A stretch of 64,000 nucleotides of DNA, from assembly GCA_965279515.1 (NCBI GenBank), contig CBDIID010000003.1, positions 1,536,001 through 1,600,000 on the forward strand. Direction: 5' to 3'. Of the stretch, positions 29,092 to 40,800 are shown piece after piece (the first letter of the stretch is position 1; each line of letters opens with the position of its first letter). Source of the stretch: Turneriella sp. (GTDB lineage: Bacteria > Spirochaetota > Leptospiria > Turneriellales > Turneriellaceae). Under the pieces are notes generated by a model. The model was not told the origin of the DNA and searched no databases. It worked only from the letters and a program-made list of their open reading frames with translations. Position numbers and translations under genes: made by a program.

Positions 29092-31695
29092 CTATTGCGT
29101 CTTCAGCTGCGGCGGTGGACCGGGAGCGGGGTTCGTTCCCGGCGGTTGCTGCAGGTTCGCCGTACCGGGCCCCGTTGCCGGCACCGGCAAATCACCACCG
29201 AGTTCGCGCATCTTCTCTGCATCCAGCATGTCATACGATTTCTGTTTGGTGCGCCCGACTTCTTCGTTCTGCAAATTATGGTCTGCCTGCAGAAGATCCA
29301 GGAAACTCTTGGATTCGGCATGGTGGCAATTGCATGACGCACCGCCGACGCTGAGGCGCTTGCCATGCCTCGTCATCGGCTCGGGAATCAGCGTCCCCGT
29401 CAGGTTCTCACTGGTATCGCATTTGGGGTTGGGCCACATGCCGGTAAACTTACAGACGGCGCCGGTTCTCACGGAAGGCGGCAATTTCTGGTCGAAGGGC
29501 TCGGCTTCCCTGCCCCGTATCTTGTCGATGTCGGCCATGAAGGAGCCCCAGACGGGGGCGACGTTGGAACCGCCGGAGATACCCTTACCTAAAGTCATAT
29601 CGCCGTTATCCATACCGAACCAAACGACAGCCGCCATCTCGGTGGAGAAGCCGCTGAACCAGACATCGTTGAAGCTGTTGGTGGTGCCTGTTTTTCCGGC
29701 TCCGGGTCCCTTGTATCCGCCATGGACGCGAATCCCTTCGGTGGGGGTTCCGGCATTGACGACATTTTCCATCATTTTGCGCAGAATAAATGTGGAACCT
29801 TCTTCGATAATTTGAATTTGCCCGGTGCGGCGTTTATAGTTGAGCGCCTGAATCACATCGTTTTCGGGATGGGCGATCACGTTGCCTTCGCGGTCGGCGA
29901 TATAAATGATCGCGTGCGGAATGATATCCTGCCCCTTGTTACCGATGATCGCATACCCCAGCAGAAGCTCAGCAGGGGTAAGCTCCGAAGTGCCCAGCGA
30001 CAGCGAGGGATTCGGTTGAAACCGCGACTCGGGTACCTTGGTCAGGCGGCTCGCATAGTTAATGATGACATCCGGGCCGACCAGGTCATAGACCTGGACC
30101 GAGATCAGGTTGATCGAGGCGGATAGCGCGCGGAACGCCAAAACATATCCGGTGAACTCCGAATTGAAATTCGACGGCGCCCATACTTTACCCGTCGGTG
30201 TCACGTTGACGATAGGCGAATCGATAAAACCCATCGCGTAGTGGATGCCACGCGCTTCGAGTGCCGAACCGTAGACAAATACCTTCATAGCCGAACCTGG
30301 CTGGCGGCGGGCCATCGTGGCGCGGTTGAACTGATCGGAAGATTTATATTCTCGCCCGCCGATCATCGCTGTGTAGCGACCGGTTTTCATGTCGAGCGAA
30401 AGCAGCGCGCCCTGGACATGAAGATCTCCGCGGTGTTCGCGGCTGGCTGACATAAATTCGCTCGAAGCCTCGTTAACGGTTGTGGCAGGCAGTGTCAGCG
30501 ACACGAGTTCTAACGCGTCGGACCCTTCATCCCTGAAGGCGCTGCGAAAATCGCCGCGCAGTGAATATTCGCGGGTTGAGATGCTGGTCTCCACGATCTT
30601 GCCGGTTACCGGATCGAGGCTTTTCTGCTTAACGATGCCGGGAGTACGGGCATTCTGCGCGCGCGCAATCGGGTCGATTTTCACAAGCGCCGGGATTAAT
30701 GCTTTTTCACCGGCCTGCTGGTGATCCAGGTCGAGCGTGGTATATACCTGCAACCCCTTCGAGTAGACGGCGTCTTCGCCGTAGAGTGCAATGAGTTCTT
30801 GCCGCACGTGTTCGGTAAAGTAAGGAGCGTTGTTGACCTTCTCGCCGAAAATCGTTTTCGACGGCGGCGTCGTGGCGATTTTGCGCCAGTAGACGGGCCA
30901 AAATGTTTTATAAAGCGTGTCCGCTTCCTGTTTTGTAATGTATCCCACTTCGACGAGGCGGTTCAGCGACAGCTTGTTCTTTTTGTACGCCTCGTGCGGC
31001 GCGCGGAACGGAGAATAGTTATGCGGTGATTTCGGCAGCGCCGCGAGAATCGACGCTTCCATGAAGTTGAGTTTAGAGACCGGCTTATCGAAATAAAATT
31101 GCGCGGCAGAGGCGATCCCATAGGCGCCGTGACCAAAATAGGTCTGGTTGAAGTACATCTCGAGAATTTCATCTTTGGTGAATGCTTTCTCGACCTGCAA
31201 CGCCAGCACCGCCTCATAGACCTTGCGGAATAAACTGCGTTCGCCATCGGTATAAAGACCCTTCACAAGCTGCTGCGTGATCGTTGAACCACCGGCAACG
31301 ACGCGCCGCGCGCGCAGGTTCTTAAACGTCGCGCGCAGAATTCCCTTGAAGTCGATACCAAAGTGGTCATAAAAATTCGAGTCTTCGATCGCGAGAAAGG
31401 CAGCGATCACGGGCCGTGGAATCTCTTCGAGCGAAACGAGCTTTCTCTGGTGACGGAAAAGCTCGGCGATCAGCCGCCCTTTTTGGTCATAGAGCCGCGT
31501 CGGTATTGTCGGGCGGAACGAGGCGAGACGGTCGAGATCGCCGGTTTTCGAATGGATGCGAAAATGGATAAACCCAAGGATGATACCGCCGAAAAACGCC
31601 GAGATAAAAAAGCCATAAACAACGATTTTCTCGAGCTTTTGCCACCACGGCAAACCAGCGAGGGGGGGATTGATATCTGCGGCGGAACCTTGCAT
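29092..31695 (-). CDS. mrcA: Penicillin-binding protein 1A (class A PBP)
   Basis: Transglycosylase AIEDSNFYDH.GID and GGSTITQQLVK; transpeptidase SAMK, SIN, KTGT. Confidence 0.93.
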   Translation of the reverse strand: MQGSAADINPPLAGLPWWQKLEKIVVYGFFISAFFGGIILGFIHFRIHSKTGDLDRLASFRPTIPTRLYDQKGRLIAELFRHQRKLVSLEEIPRPVIAAFLAIEDSNFYDHFGIDFKGILRATFKNLRARRVVAGGSTITQQLVKGLYTDGERSLFRKVYEAVLALQVEKAFTKDEILEMYFNQTYFGHGAYGIASAAQFYFDKPVSKLNFMEASILAALPKSPHNYSPFRAPHEAYKKNKLSLNRLVEVGYITKQEADTLYKTFWPVYWRKIATTPPSKTIFGEKVNNAPYFTEHVRQELIALYGEDAVYSKGLQVYTTLDLDHQQAGEKALIPALVKIDPIARAQNARTPGIVKQKSLDPVTGKIVETSISTREYSLRGDFRSAFRDEGSDALELVSLTLPATTVNEASSEFMSASREHRGDLHVQGALLSLDMKTGRYTAMIGGREYKSSDQFNRATMARRQPGSAMKVFVYGSALEARGIHYAMGFIDSPIVNVTPTGKVWAPSNFNSEFTGYVLAFRALSASINLISVQVYDLVGPDVIINYASRLTKVPESRFQPNPSLSLGTSELTPAELLLGYAIIGNKGQDIIPHAIIYIADREGNVIAHPENDVIQALNYKRRTGQIQIIEEGSTFILRKMMENVVNAGTPTEGIRVHGGYKGPGAGKTGTTNSFNDVWFSGFSTEMAAVVWFGMDNGDMTLGKGISGGSNVAPVWGSFMADIDKIRGREAEPFDQKLPPSVRTGAVCKFTGMWPNPKCDTSENLTGTLIPEPMTRHGKRLSVGGASCNCHHAESKSFLDLLQADHNLQNEEVGRTKQKSYDMLDAEKMRELGGDLPVPATGPGTANLQQPPGTNPAPGPPPQLKTQ

Positions 31696-31774
31696 TTTCG
31701 GGAAAGTTTCTCCCTTTTAGTCAGGCCGCAAAGGATTTTCGTTTCCGCGGCATCCCCGCCTCGCAGGGGTATCT

Positions 31775-32719
31775 ATGCGTAGACATGCCTTAGCCGGTCT
31801 TTTAGCGGTTGCCGCGGCCGGGTGCGCCTCGGTGCAAAACCAGCCCCTTTATAAAGATGTCGAGATGCACGGCCACCGCGGTGCGCGCGGCCTGATGCCC
31901 GAAAACACCTGGCCGGCCTTTACCGCGGCGCTCGATCTTGGCATGACGGTGCTCGAACTCGATACGGTGCTGACGGCCGAGGGCGATCTCATGATTCACC
32001 ATGACACTGACACCAACCCGCAGCTCTGCCGCAACGACGACGGCTCGGCGATTACCGCTACGGCAATACGCAGCCTTAAGGTCGCTGACCTCAAGAGGCT
32101 CGATTGCGGCGCGCTGGGCAATGAAAAATTTCCCGAGCAGAAAAAAGTGCCGGGCACGCGGCTTATGACTCTCGACGAATTCTTCGCGAAGATGCGCGAA
32201 GTCGAAACCAACGATGTCGCCAAACGGCGGATTACCTTCAACATCGAAGCCAAATTCCCGAAAGGGGTAAATCCCACCGAAGACGAATTGCGCGTTTTTG
32301 CGGCCACGCTCACCGGTAAAGTGGCGAACGCTGGCATGGCGCGCCGCGCGACGCTGCAATCGTTTGAACTGAAGATTCTGCCGCTGCTCAAGGCCGGCAG
32401 CCCGGAAAGTAAAACCTCGGCATTGTTCGAGCCGACATACTGGCAGGGGTTCCGTATGTACATGGGCATCGGTGAAGGCCCGCGCGGGGCGATCATCAGC
32501 GCCGCACTCGAAGCGCGGGCCGACATTATTTCTCCTTATAAACTCTATGCCAGCGATGACTTTATCCACGCCGCGCATGCAAAAAAGCTCGCTGTCATTC
32601 CCTGGACGGTGAATGAAAAGAGCGAAATGGTCGAACTCTTGCGGCGCGGGGTTGACGGCATTATCTCTGATTACCCCGACCGCCTCAAGGCGGCGTATGC
32701 CGAAGTTTATGCGCGTTAA
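31775..32719 (+). CDS. Glycerophosphodiester phosphodiesterase lipoprotein
   Basis: Lipobox AAGC; GHRGARG..PENT, LELD, HD, NIEAK, PWTVN, GVDGIISDYPD. Confidence 0.93.
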   Translation: MRRHALAGLLAVAAAGCASVQNQPLYKDVEMHGHRGARGLMPENTWPAFTAALDLGMTVLELDTVLTAEGDLMIHHDTDTNPQLCRNDDGSAITATAIRSLKVADLKRLDCGALGNEKFPEQKKVPGTRLMTLDEFFAKMREVETNDVAKRRITFNIEAKFPKGVNPTEDELRVFAATLTGKVANAGMARRATLQSFELKILPLLKAGSPESKTSALFEPTYWQGFRMYMGIGEGPRGAIISAALEARADIISPYKLYASDDFIHAAHAKKLAVIPWTVNEKSEMVELLRRGVDGIISDYPDRLKAAYAEVYAR

Positions 32720-33506
32720 ATTTCTCGTAGCGGCATGCGCATTTTTGCCCTACACGGTTCTTTCAGCAGCTGAGACAGAACCGCAAAAGCTCCCGCTCGA
32801 TTTTTCTCCCGAACCGGGAATCACGGTGAGCGTCGAAGAGCAAAAGGGCAAAATACGCCTGCGCGTCGGCAAAGAGAAAGCCATTGAAATCGGCGAACTC
32901 GACCCCGCGAGTGAAATGACGGGCAACAAGCCTGTCATCGTCGCCGACTTCAATTTCGACGGCGCGGCCGATCTCGCAGTGCTCGACGGCATCGGCTACA
33001 ATGGCGTGAACATGTTTTACCGGCTCTACCTCTGGGAAAAAGGCAAACAGCGTTTCCGCGAAATCAAAGAGACGATCAGCAATCCCGTTCTCTATAAAGA
33101 CAAATCCCTGATCTTGAGCGCACAGCGCTCGGGGCCGCGCTGGTACCAGACGATATTCCGTGTTGTGAACGGCGAGATCTACCGCTTCGCCGATGCGCAG
33201 ATGCTGAACAACCCCACGCTCTGGGGTATCACGTTTTCGGACAGTGCAGGAAAACCGGGGAGACGCGCCGTCGTTGCAGCGGCATGGTTTGAAAAGCTGA
33301 CACTGCCGTTGCCGGTTTTCGAGGCAGATTACTCCCCCGCCCTCTGCAACGGCGACAAAGCTCCCGCAAAAGGAACGCCTAACAAAGACAAAATACGCGT
33401 CAAACTTCTCGATTTCCGCGAAGAAGGCGGAGAGGTGCAGATCGAAGCCGGCGCGGGAAAAAAACTGCGCTGGGTAAACGCCGACTGCTTTGCCGTTGAC
33501 GATTAA
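32709..33506 (+). CDS. Secreted XAC2610-related protein
   Basis: Signal peptide from ATG 32709; ADFNFDGAADLA calcium-binding motif followed by Y.LYLW and ISNP. Confidence 0.6.
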   Translation: MRVKFLVAACAFLPYTVLSAAETEPQKLPLDFSPEPGITVSVEEQKGKIRLRVGKEKAIEIGELDPASEMTGNKPVIVADFNFDGAADLAVLDGIGYNGVNMFYRLYLWEKGKQRFREIKETISNPVLYKDKSLILSAQRSGPRWYQTIFRVVNGEIYRFADAQMLNNPTLWGITFSDSAGKPGRRAVVAAAWFEKLTLPLPVFEADYSPALCNGDKAPAKGTPNKDKIRVKLLDFREEGGEVQIEAGAGKKLRWVNADCFAVDD

Positions 33507-33520
33507 TCCCCCAACCTGTT

Positions 33521-36500
33521 TCAGTCAAATTTAACGAATTGTGGTCTCGATTCCGGAAGCTTCTGGACCAGCGTTCGTCGGCCCTTTCCATTGGTGAAAT
33601 GGACACTCTGCGGGGCGGCCACAACGTCCGGTTTTTTTGCCGCATGCATAACCTGCTGATCAGACAGTTTAAAGGAGCTGATCGTCTCTTGCAATGTCGA
33701 AGCCTGCGCGCTCAGCTCTTCGGCCGTGCTGGCCATCTCTTCGGATGCCGAAGCATTGGATTGAGTGACCGAATCGAGCTGATGCATCGATTGTTGCATC
33801 TGCTCAACACCGATTTTTTGCTGCTGCGATGCGGCGTTAACCTCTTGCACCAGATCGGCCGTATTCTGGATCGTCGGGACAATAACCTGAAGGAGTTCGC
33901 CGGCCTTTTCGGATATGCCGACGCTGCGCTGAACCAACGCACCGATCTCCTGGGCCGCAGCACGGCTGCGCTCAGCCAGCTCACGGACCTCCGAGGCAAC
34001 AACGGCGAAACCCCGGCCATGATCGCCAGCGCGCGCCGCTTCGATCGCCGCGTTTAGGGCAAGCAGATTTGTTTGGTATGCAATTTCCTCCACGAGTTCT
34101 ATTTTTTTGGAGATATCGCGCATGACCTCCACGGTTTCTGTCACCGCCCTGCCTCCTTCGACGGCCTTCTTCGCGGCCTCGACGGCGATGCTGCTCGTAC
34201 GCATCGTATTTTCAGTATTCTGCACGATCGTCGCTACCATTTCTTCGAGCGAGGCCGAACTTTCTTCGACATTAGCGGCTGCCTCGGTCGCTGATTGGCT
34301 GATGGATTGCGCCGTCGCATTCACCTGTTGTGACGCGGATATCAAATTGCCGGCATTACTGGCAATGTTACCGATCAAATCGGAGAGCGTAACTGTCATT
34401 TTATTGATAGATACCTTGATTTCGCCGAACAAACCCTGGTAATCGGCCGTAATACTCTGCGTCATATCGCCCTGGCTCATGAACGCGACGACATTTGCCA
34501 GGTCGCGCATCGCCGCTTCGGTGATTTCGTTGATTTCATTGAGCCCCTGACTCAGAAGTTTCATGAACCCAACCTTTCCGGTTAAATCGATACGCACCGA
34601 ATAGTCGCCCTTTGTAGCGAGGCTCACCACCTCTTCGATCTCCTTTTGGATTTTCAGCTCCGAGGTGCGATCGATCCATTGCAGCGCTCCGCCCAGTCGT
34701 TCGCCGTTCTCATCGACTACCGGCGTGAGAACAAGATCAAAGGTCCTGTCACCCAAATGTATCTGTTTTTCGTAGGTCTTTTGCAGCGATTGCAATATGT
34801 TCCGTTGATTTTCAGGAACTTTATGGTACCCGTCCATTTTGCTCCCGAGAATAGCGGAGACCCGAAAGTTGGGCAACGTTTGCTGAATTTGCGCTTCGGC
34901 CTCGAGCATCATATTTTTCACGGCCTTGTTCATATAGATGATAGTTCCCTCTGCATCGGCGATCATAATATTCGCCGAAACATTGTCGAGGGCGACCTTG
35001 TTGCGCAGGGTTTCCTGCAGCAAAATTTTCGTTTCCGTCATATCGAGACCGAGTCGGTTTTTCATGCCGCGCAATTTGAGTACGATCGTATCCAGCTCGT
35101 CTTCTCCTGTTGCGGGAACGTATCCGGAAAAAACTCCCGATTCCATTTGTGATAAATCGTTTACCAGCAGCTGGCTACGCTCGCGTATGCCTCGTAGTGC
35201 AAGAAAGAATAAACCGCCGCATAGCGCGAGTATCCCCAAACTGAGCAGCATGATCAGGATAATATTCCGGAAAGCCGCGAATTCCCGCCCGCTCAGAAGT
35301 TGATTCAGATGCCTGAACATGTCACCCTGCAGCGCATACAGTGATCCGACGAGTTTCGTGGAACCCGCGAACACTTCCTCGGCATACACTGCTCCGCGTT
35401 TCTTTGCAGATATATCTCTTCTGGCCTGCGCCAGGAACGCGCCGGTGTCGCGTAACGTCTGCTCGAGGCGTTCTTTCAGGTCGGGCATAGAACCCTGATT
35501 ATGTTTCACGGCGTTTGCGATCGAAACGTTCAGTTCCTCTAAAATGAGTTCAACCTTGTTCATTTCAAACGCCGTATCGACGATTCTATGCGCATTGTGG
35601 TCATTGAGAGCATCGAAGGTTAATCCCGCACGCAGTCGCCCCAGTGTATTGGTCAACCTTGGCATGATTTGGGACGCCGGGATAATAAGATAATACGATT
35701 CCGGTTCCGGATCGAGATCCAGTAGCGATATCGCCTTTATTTCATCGATAAAGGCAATACCCTGATTTACGATATCGTTCAGATCCCCGAAGGATTGATT
35801 TCCCAGATCGGCTGTCGCGGCTTTGAGTTTTTCAAAGAAGGGTTTGAAGCTTGTTGATTCTTTTATCAGGCCGCGAAATTTTTCGGCCGATTGTTCTAAC
35901 GCGGCTGTATCGCTCTGGATACGGGTTTGCAGCTCGAGCACCTGCTTTCCGGAAAATCCGGGTGATGCGACATTTGCATAACGCAATCCCCGATAGCGCA
36001 GCAGCTGACGGAAACCTTCGTTAGTTTCAGAGATGAATTGCATGCCGCGCTTCTCGCTGCGTATCACGCTGATCGCCTTAAAATAGTCGACCAGCCACAA
36101 TGAACCGACGATGAAAGTCGGCAAAAGCAGCATAAGCGCCACGCTACCCAGTTTACCTGTCAGGCTGAATTTCGCTATGACATTCATTCTTTCAAGAAAC
36201 GGGGAAGTATAAAAGCGCCCGTTCTTGATGTATAATTTCCCTACGGCAATATTCCTGTATGCCTCTTCTGCCTCGCGTTTTTCGGCGTCGCTGATCGGGT
36301 ATCTCACAGACAAATAACCGGTCATAACGCCGTTTTCAACAATGGGAGAAACATTGGCGCGTACCCAATAGTGATCGCCGTCCTTGCAGCGGTTCTTCAC
36401 GCACTGCGCCCATGGCCGGCCGCTTTTTATGGTGCTCCATAAATCCGCAAATACCGCGGATGGAACATCGGGGTGGCGGATCACATTATGTGGTTGCCCC

Positions 36501-36646
36501 ATCAGTTCATGGGCCGGGAATTTTGCGGCTTCTGCGAAATCCTTATTTACATAGGTGATGATTCCCTTTAAATCGGTCTTGGTAACCAACTGGGCGTTTT
36601 CGCGAATCCTGAATTCGCGGTTTGTTACGGGTCCGTTATTTTTCAT
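33521..36646 (-). CDS. Methyl-accepting chemotaxis protein with two PAS domains and a periplasmic sensor
   Basis: Aer-type PAS ([21 protein letters not shown]), 2 TMs, HAMPs, Aer2-type [20 protein letters not shown] hairpin. Confidence 0.95.
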   Translation of the reverse strand: MKNNGPVTNREFRIRENAQLVTKTDLKGIITYVNKDFAEAAKFPAHELMGQPHNVIRHPDVPSAVFADLWSTIKSGRPWAQCVKNRCKDGDHYWVRANVSPIVENGVMTGYLSVRYPISDAEKREAEEAYRNIAVGKLYIKNGRFYTSPFLERMNVIAKFSLTGKLGSVALMLLLPTFIVGSLWLVDYFKAISVIRSEKRGMQFISETNEGFRQLLRYRGLRYANVASPGFSGKQVLELQTRIQSDTAALEQSAEKFRGLIKESTSFKPFFEKLKAATADLGNQSFGDLNDIVNQGIAFIDEIKAISLLDLDPEPESYYLIIPASQIMPRLTNTLGRLRAGLTFDALNDHNAHRIVDTAFEMNKVELILEELNVSIANAVKHNQGSMPDLKERLEQTLRDTGAFLAQARRDISAKKRGAVYAEEVFAGSTKLVGSLYALQGDMFRHLNQLLSGREFAAFRNIILIMLLSLGILALCGGLFFLALRGIRERSQLLVNDLSQMESGVFSGYVPATGEDELDTIVLKLRGMKNRLGLDMTETKILLQETLRNKVALDNVSANIMIADAEGTIIYMNKAVKNMMLEAEAQIQQTLPNFRVSAILGSKMDGYHKVPENQRNILQSLQKTYEKQIHLGDRTFDLVLTPVVDENGERLGGALQWIDRTSELKIQKEIEEVVSLATKGDYSVRIDLTGKVGFMKLLSQGLNEINEITEAAMRDLANVVAFMSQGDMTQSITADYQGLFGEIKVSINKMTVTLSDLIGNIASNAGNLISASQQVNATAQSISQSATEAAANVEESSASLEEMVATIVQNTENTMRTSSIAVEAAKKAVEGGRAVTETVEVMRDISKKIELVEEIAYQTNLLALNAAIEAARAGDHGRGFAVVASEVRELAERSRAAAQEIGALVQRSVGISEKAGELLQVIVPTIQNTADLVQEVNAASQQQKIGVEQMQQSMHQLDSVTQSNASASEEMASTAEELSAQASTLQETISSFKLSDQQVMHAAKKPDVVAAPQSVHFTNGKGRRTLVQKLPESRPQFVKFD

Positions 36647-36948
36647 TTTTCTCCTTTTCTCTCAAAAAAAACTTTCTCATAACCGGCGGGCAAGCTGACC
36701 GGAAAAGGGAAGCCCGGCAAAACATGCCACGCGAGTCCGACTCTCGTACAGATAACGAGACCTTTTTATATTTTATTAAGCGTGCCATACAACTATCTCC
36801 CCTTTCAGGTCAATGTTTAGCAGATTTTGTGGCGGAAGTCAATTCGACTAACAGTAGAAAAAATTGCGTGAAAACACGGAGGGTTACACGATTCCCGGAC
36901 GATGGTTTGTATTAAAAAAGGCGCGCGCTGGTTACGAAACCGCCGCGA

Positions 36949-37794
36949 TTATTTCACAACGAGATAATTCACACGGCCATAGACAGGGTGAATGCGGCTT
37001 TTTTTTGTCGCGACTGTTTGTTTCAGCTTGCCATCCACCCGGTACAAAAACGTATATTCACCCGGGGGAATAACCTTGCGTAGTTCAAAAAAGCCGTCTT
37101 CGCTGCGCGCTAAGAAATCCCGCTGCGGATTCCACTGGTTGAAATCGCCGGCAATACTCGCCGTCTCGGCCTCGCCCGCCGGAATGCGGAACAGGACCTC
37201 GCGGCCATGATTCACCGGTGTATCGAGAACAAAAACACCGGTAGAAGAGGCAAAGTGGTCGTGCAGCAAATGGAAGACCGAAGCCATCTGGCCACCGGTA
37301 TCTTTCTCGTGCTGTTCATGCGTGTCGTCGACTGTGTAGAGGCCGTCGACCCAGAATTTATAGCGCATCTTTTTCGTGGGTGACGAGTGCACAATCTCGG
37401 GCGGCACATAGAAATAGATCCAGACGCCGTATTTGTTGCGGCGCATCGCCTGGTGGGGAAAACCCGGGATATCGGCGACAAAACGCACTTCGCGAGCCGC
37501 GCGGTTATGGTATGAAAAAAGCACACCGCGCGTCGCCATGCCATTGCCGCGCGCATACTGGAAGGAATCCATTAAGGTGATAAAACGCGGTTTTTCCGGT
37601 GCCCGCATGGTATCGAGCGTATTGCCGTAAACCATCGGTTCGCTCGCCGCCTGGTTCTGCTCGAGTTGCTCCGAAGTCAGGTCAAAATCTTCGCTGGGGC
37701 CCGGGGTCGCGCCGAGGGTCGTCGCCGCAACGACAAGCGCGAGATATCCCCATATTTTGGTTGCTGGACTGTACTTACCGGTTGTAGGTGACAT
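36949..37794 (-). CDS. Exported protein with two CBM48/AMPK-beta-type glycogen-binding domains
   Basis: MRRNKYGVW..YKFWVDG and SIAGDFNQWNP...PPGEY.F.YRVDG; hydrophobic N-terminus. Confidence 0.8.
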   Translation of the reverse strand: MSPTTGKYSPATKIWGYLALVVAATTLGATPGPSEDFDLTSEQLEQNQAASEPMVYGNTLDTMRAPEKPRFITLMDSFQYARGNGMATRGVLFSYHNRAAREVRFVADIPGFPHQAMRRNKYGVWIYFYVPPEIVHSSPTKKMRYKFWVDGLYTVDDTHEQHEKDTGGQMASVFHLLHDHFASSTGVFVLDTPVNHGREVLFRIPAGEAETASIAGDFNQWNPQRDFLARSEDGFFELRKVIPPGEYTFLYRVDGKLKQTVATKKSRIHPVYGRVNYLVVK

Positions 37795-37801
37795 AAATCC
37801 C

Positions 37802-37828
37802 TCAAATTATTTTCGGAAAATCCGATAA
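37802..37828 (+). promoter_or_regulatory. Sigma-28 (FliA) promoter
   Basis: TCAA-N15-TCCGATAA, 31 nt upstream of the ATG at 37860. Confidence 0.7.
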
Positions 37829-37859
37829 ATACTTTAGGGATAAACCCCCCGGAAAGCGC

Positions 37860-40800
37860 ATGGCTGACGAGCAACCAAAACCTGAAATTACTTACACTCC
37901 CGAAGAGCTCGCGACCATTAACGACCTCACGAGTTTTTTCCTCAAAGCGCCCGGCCAGGTCGATCTCGACCAGAATGAAGATGTACCCGAGGGCGAAACA
38001 GGCCCCGATCTCGGCGATGCCGCCGTCGATGCAGCGGCGCCCAAGCGCCCCGTAGCAGACCTCTCTAAATTCGACGACGTCATGAACATGGACGTCGATA
38101 ATTTTGACGCCCCGGCGGCGGCCGACGAACCACAAGATGTGCCACTGGCGGATGAACCCACGGGCGACGAACCGGCCATGGATTTCGGCGATTCACCCGA
38201 ACTCCCGGGCGCAGATCCCCTGGTCGCAGCAGCAGATACCGGTGACTTTGCCCTGCCGGGAATCGACGAACCAACAACCGCACCCACCGACGATCTCGCG
38301 AGTGATTTTACTTTCGATGAAACACCGGCTGCAGAGACGCCTGCGGGCGGTATGGATTTGGGCGACCTGGATCTGCCACCGGCTACATCCGCTGCGCCCG
38401 CGGGCGATGATTTTACCCTCCCCGATGCAGGCAGTGACCTCGACTTCCCGGCTGCTGAGCCCGCGGCCGAGGCGATGGATTTCGGAACGGATTTGGCCGC
38501 ACCGGATACTGCAACCGGTGATACAGCCTCTTTAGACTTTGATCTGCCCGCAGAAACAGCAGCGCCGTCGCTCGATGATTTTGCGCTGCCCGATACTGCC
38601 GCTCCCGACACGGGCAGTGATTTTAATTTCGACACACCTTCCACAGACGGCCTCGACACCGTTGCTCCCGCCGCCGACGCGGGGATGGACTTCGGTGACG
38701 CTCCGGCTGCAGCTCCCGATCTCGGAGATTTCGATTCAGCGCCGGCATCACAACAGGACGATTCCTTTAACTTTGATTCTGCCGCGCCGTCGCTCGACGA
38801 TCTCTCACCCGAAGTGGCGCTCGGCGCCGGTGCCGCAGCGGGAGCTCTTGCCGGTGCCTCGCTTTCTTCTGACCTGAGTTCACTTGCAGCCGAAGAAGCG
38901 GCGACAGTGGACCCCGCGACGCTGCGCCGCGTGCGCGAAACGCTGCGCGCCTTCCCCGCGCCGCTGCGCCGCCGCCTGAGCAAAGCACTGCTCGACGAGA
39001 ACATGAAGGCCGCGGATTCGAACGAGCTGATGCGGCTGCTCTCCGAAGGGGCATCCGCCAATGAAGTCAGCGCGTGGCTCGATTCGAAAAACGTCGAAGA
39101 AATTCCCGAAGAGGCAGCCGATGGTCAGGGCCCGCGCATCATCATGGCGCGCCCCGAGTATACCGACGAGGGGCTCGCGCGGCAAGAACGTCTCATCAAG
39201 CTCACGCGCTTCGGTGCGATTGCTGCCTTCGTACTGATCGCCGTGGTGGGCGGCGCCTATTTATCCCTGATTAAACCCTACTTCTACCGTCAGGCAGTCG
39301 CGAAAGGCCGTGACATGATTCTGCAACGCGGCAGCGCGGCAATACCAGACGCCGAGCGGCAGTTCGAAAAAGCCCTCAGCTATTACGATAAAGACACCTA
39401 TGCCTTCCTTCAATATGCGGATGCCTACCGGTACAAAGGCCTCTACGCCGACGCATTCGCGAAACTTTTTGCCGAAGTGAAGCTGCCCGGTATGGCTGCG
39501 AAAGTCGGTGATAAAGAAGTGCGTTCCAGCGCAGAACTTTTCGGCGCATTAAAACGTGTGCCGGTGGTCGCCTATGCCGGCGGCGAAAGCATGGTGGCGG
39601 TTAACGGGACTCCCCTTGCCGTAGGCAAAAAAGGCGCCTATGTGATTTCTCACCTCGACAACCGTAAAGACGAGGCGCAGGTATTGCTCGCACTCGGTCA
39701 GTTCCATTCGAATCCTTCACGCCGCTTCGGCCGCGAGCCGTATAAGAATAATTTTCTCGGCGCCGACTATTACCGCCGCGTGCTGATGGCCAACCCGGCG
39801 ACACCTGCCTTCAAAAAAGAAGAAATGATGGACCGCGCCGTCATGGGTATCGGCGACATCTTCTATCACGAAAAAGATTATGACCGCGCGCTCGACTATT
39901 ATAAGAAGATTCTGGATAAAGAACCCGACAACGTTACGGCACATGCAGGCGTGTTAAAATCACTCATTAAGCTCTTTCATCTCAACAACGACCCACGCAT
40001 GGTGATCCAGCATCACACAATGGTGCGCGGCAAGAAGATCGAAAATAAATTGCCGATGTACATCAAGGCGCGCCTGGCAGCGTTCTATATCGACCTGCCG
40101 GCCGACAACGAGCTGCGCGTGAAATACAACATTTCCCCTTCGAATATGCTGACGGGTCAGCAGCTCAAGACGCGCACCGACGACCTGTTAACCTCGATCT
40201 TCAACTCGAGTGAAACCGATAATTTCGGCGTCAAACACGAGGGTGCCAAATTCGCCGAAGGTTATTACCAGCGTGCGCGCTCTTACGCCAAAGACAAAAA
40301 CCAGGTGCGCATGGCCCTGAAACAATTCGAATACGCCTACCACTATGACCAGCGCCACTTCATGGCGCTCAACGATCGCGCAGAACTACTCACAATGCTG
40401 AATGACTTTTCGGGTGCGACGGAACTTCTCCGCCTCGCCAAGCAGCTCAGCACACCGGACAAACTCGCCGACCTCGGTGAAAACGAACAAGACGAAACGC
40501 TGTCCGACGCCCCGGTCGGTATCATTTCTTTCAACATGGGAAAAGCCATGTACCTCGATGCCATACGTGACCTGGCGAATTCAGAGACATGGCTGCGTCT
40601 GAAAGAAGTGCAGAAATACCGGTCGCAATCCGACAACGGCGCCAATGCACTCCTGGCGCACCTCGACCGTATCGAACTCGAATTCAACGAAGCGAAAACT
40701 CTGGGCATCTCGGGCACAAAGGCTGAAAGCGAACTCATGTACTTCTCGGGCTGGTCAAAATTTGTGAAAAACGACCACCGGGGAGCGCTGACCGACTGGG

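Noticed and set aside
29092..29180. Proline-rich PBP1A tail (PGPPP) as an arrest peptide for pyrD
   Set aside because: No RAPP/RAGP motif or evident anti-SD pairing; such tails are common in class A PBPs
36647..36948. Long MCP leader as a c-di-GMP riboswitch or sigma-54 promoter
   Set aside because: No GEMM core found; the TGGCAC/TGGCAT sites lack a correctly spaced -12 GC
37892..39061. Long antisense ORFs (389 aa here; also 10879-11886, 5340-6104 and others)
   Set aside because: Shadow frames of GC-rich sense genes with no motifs
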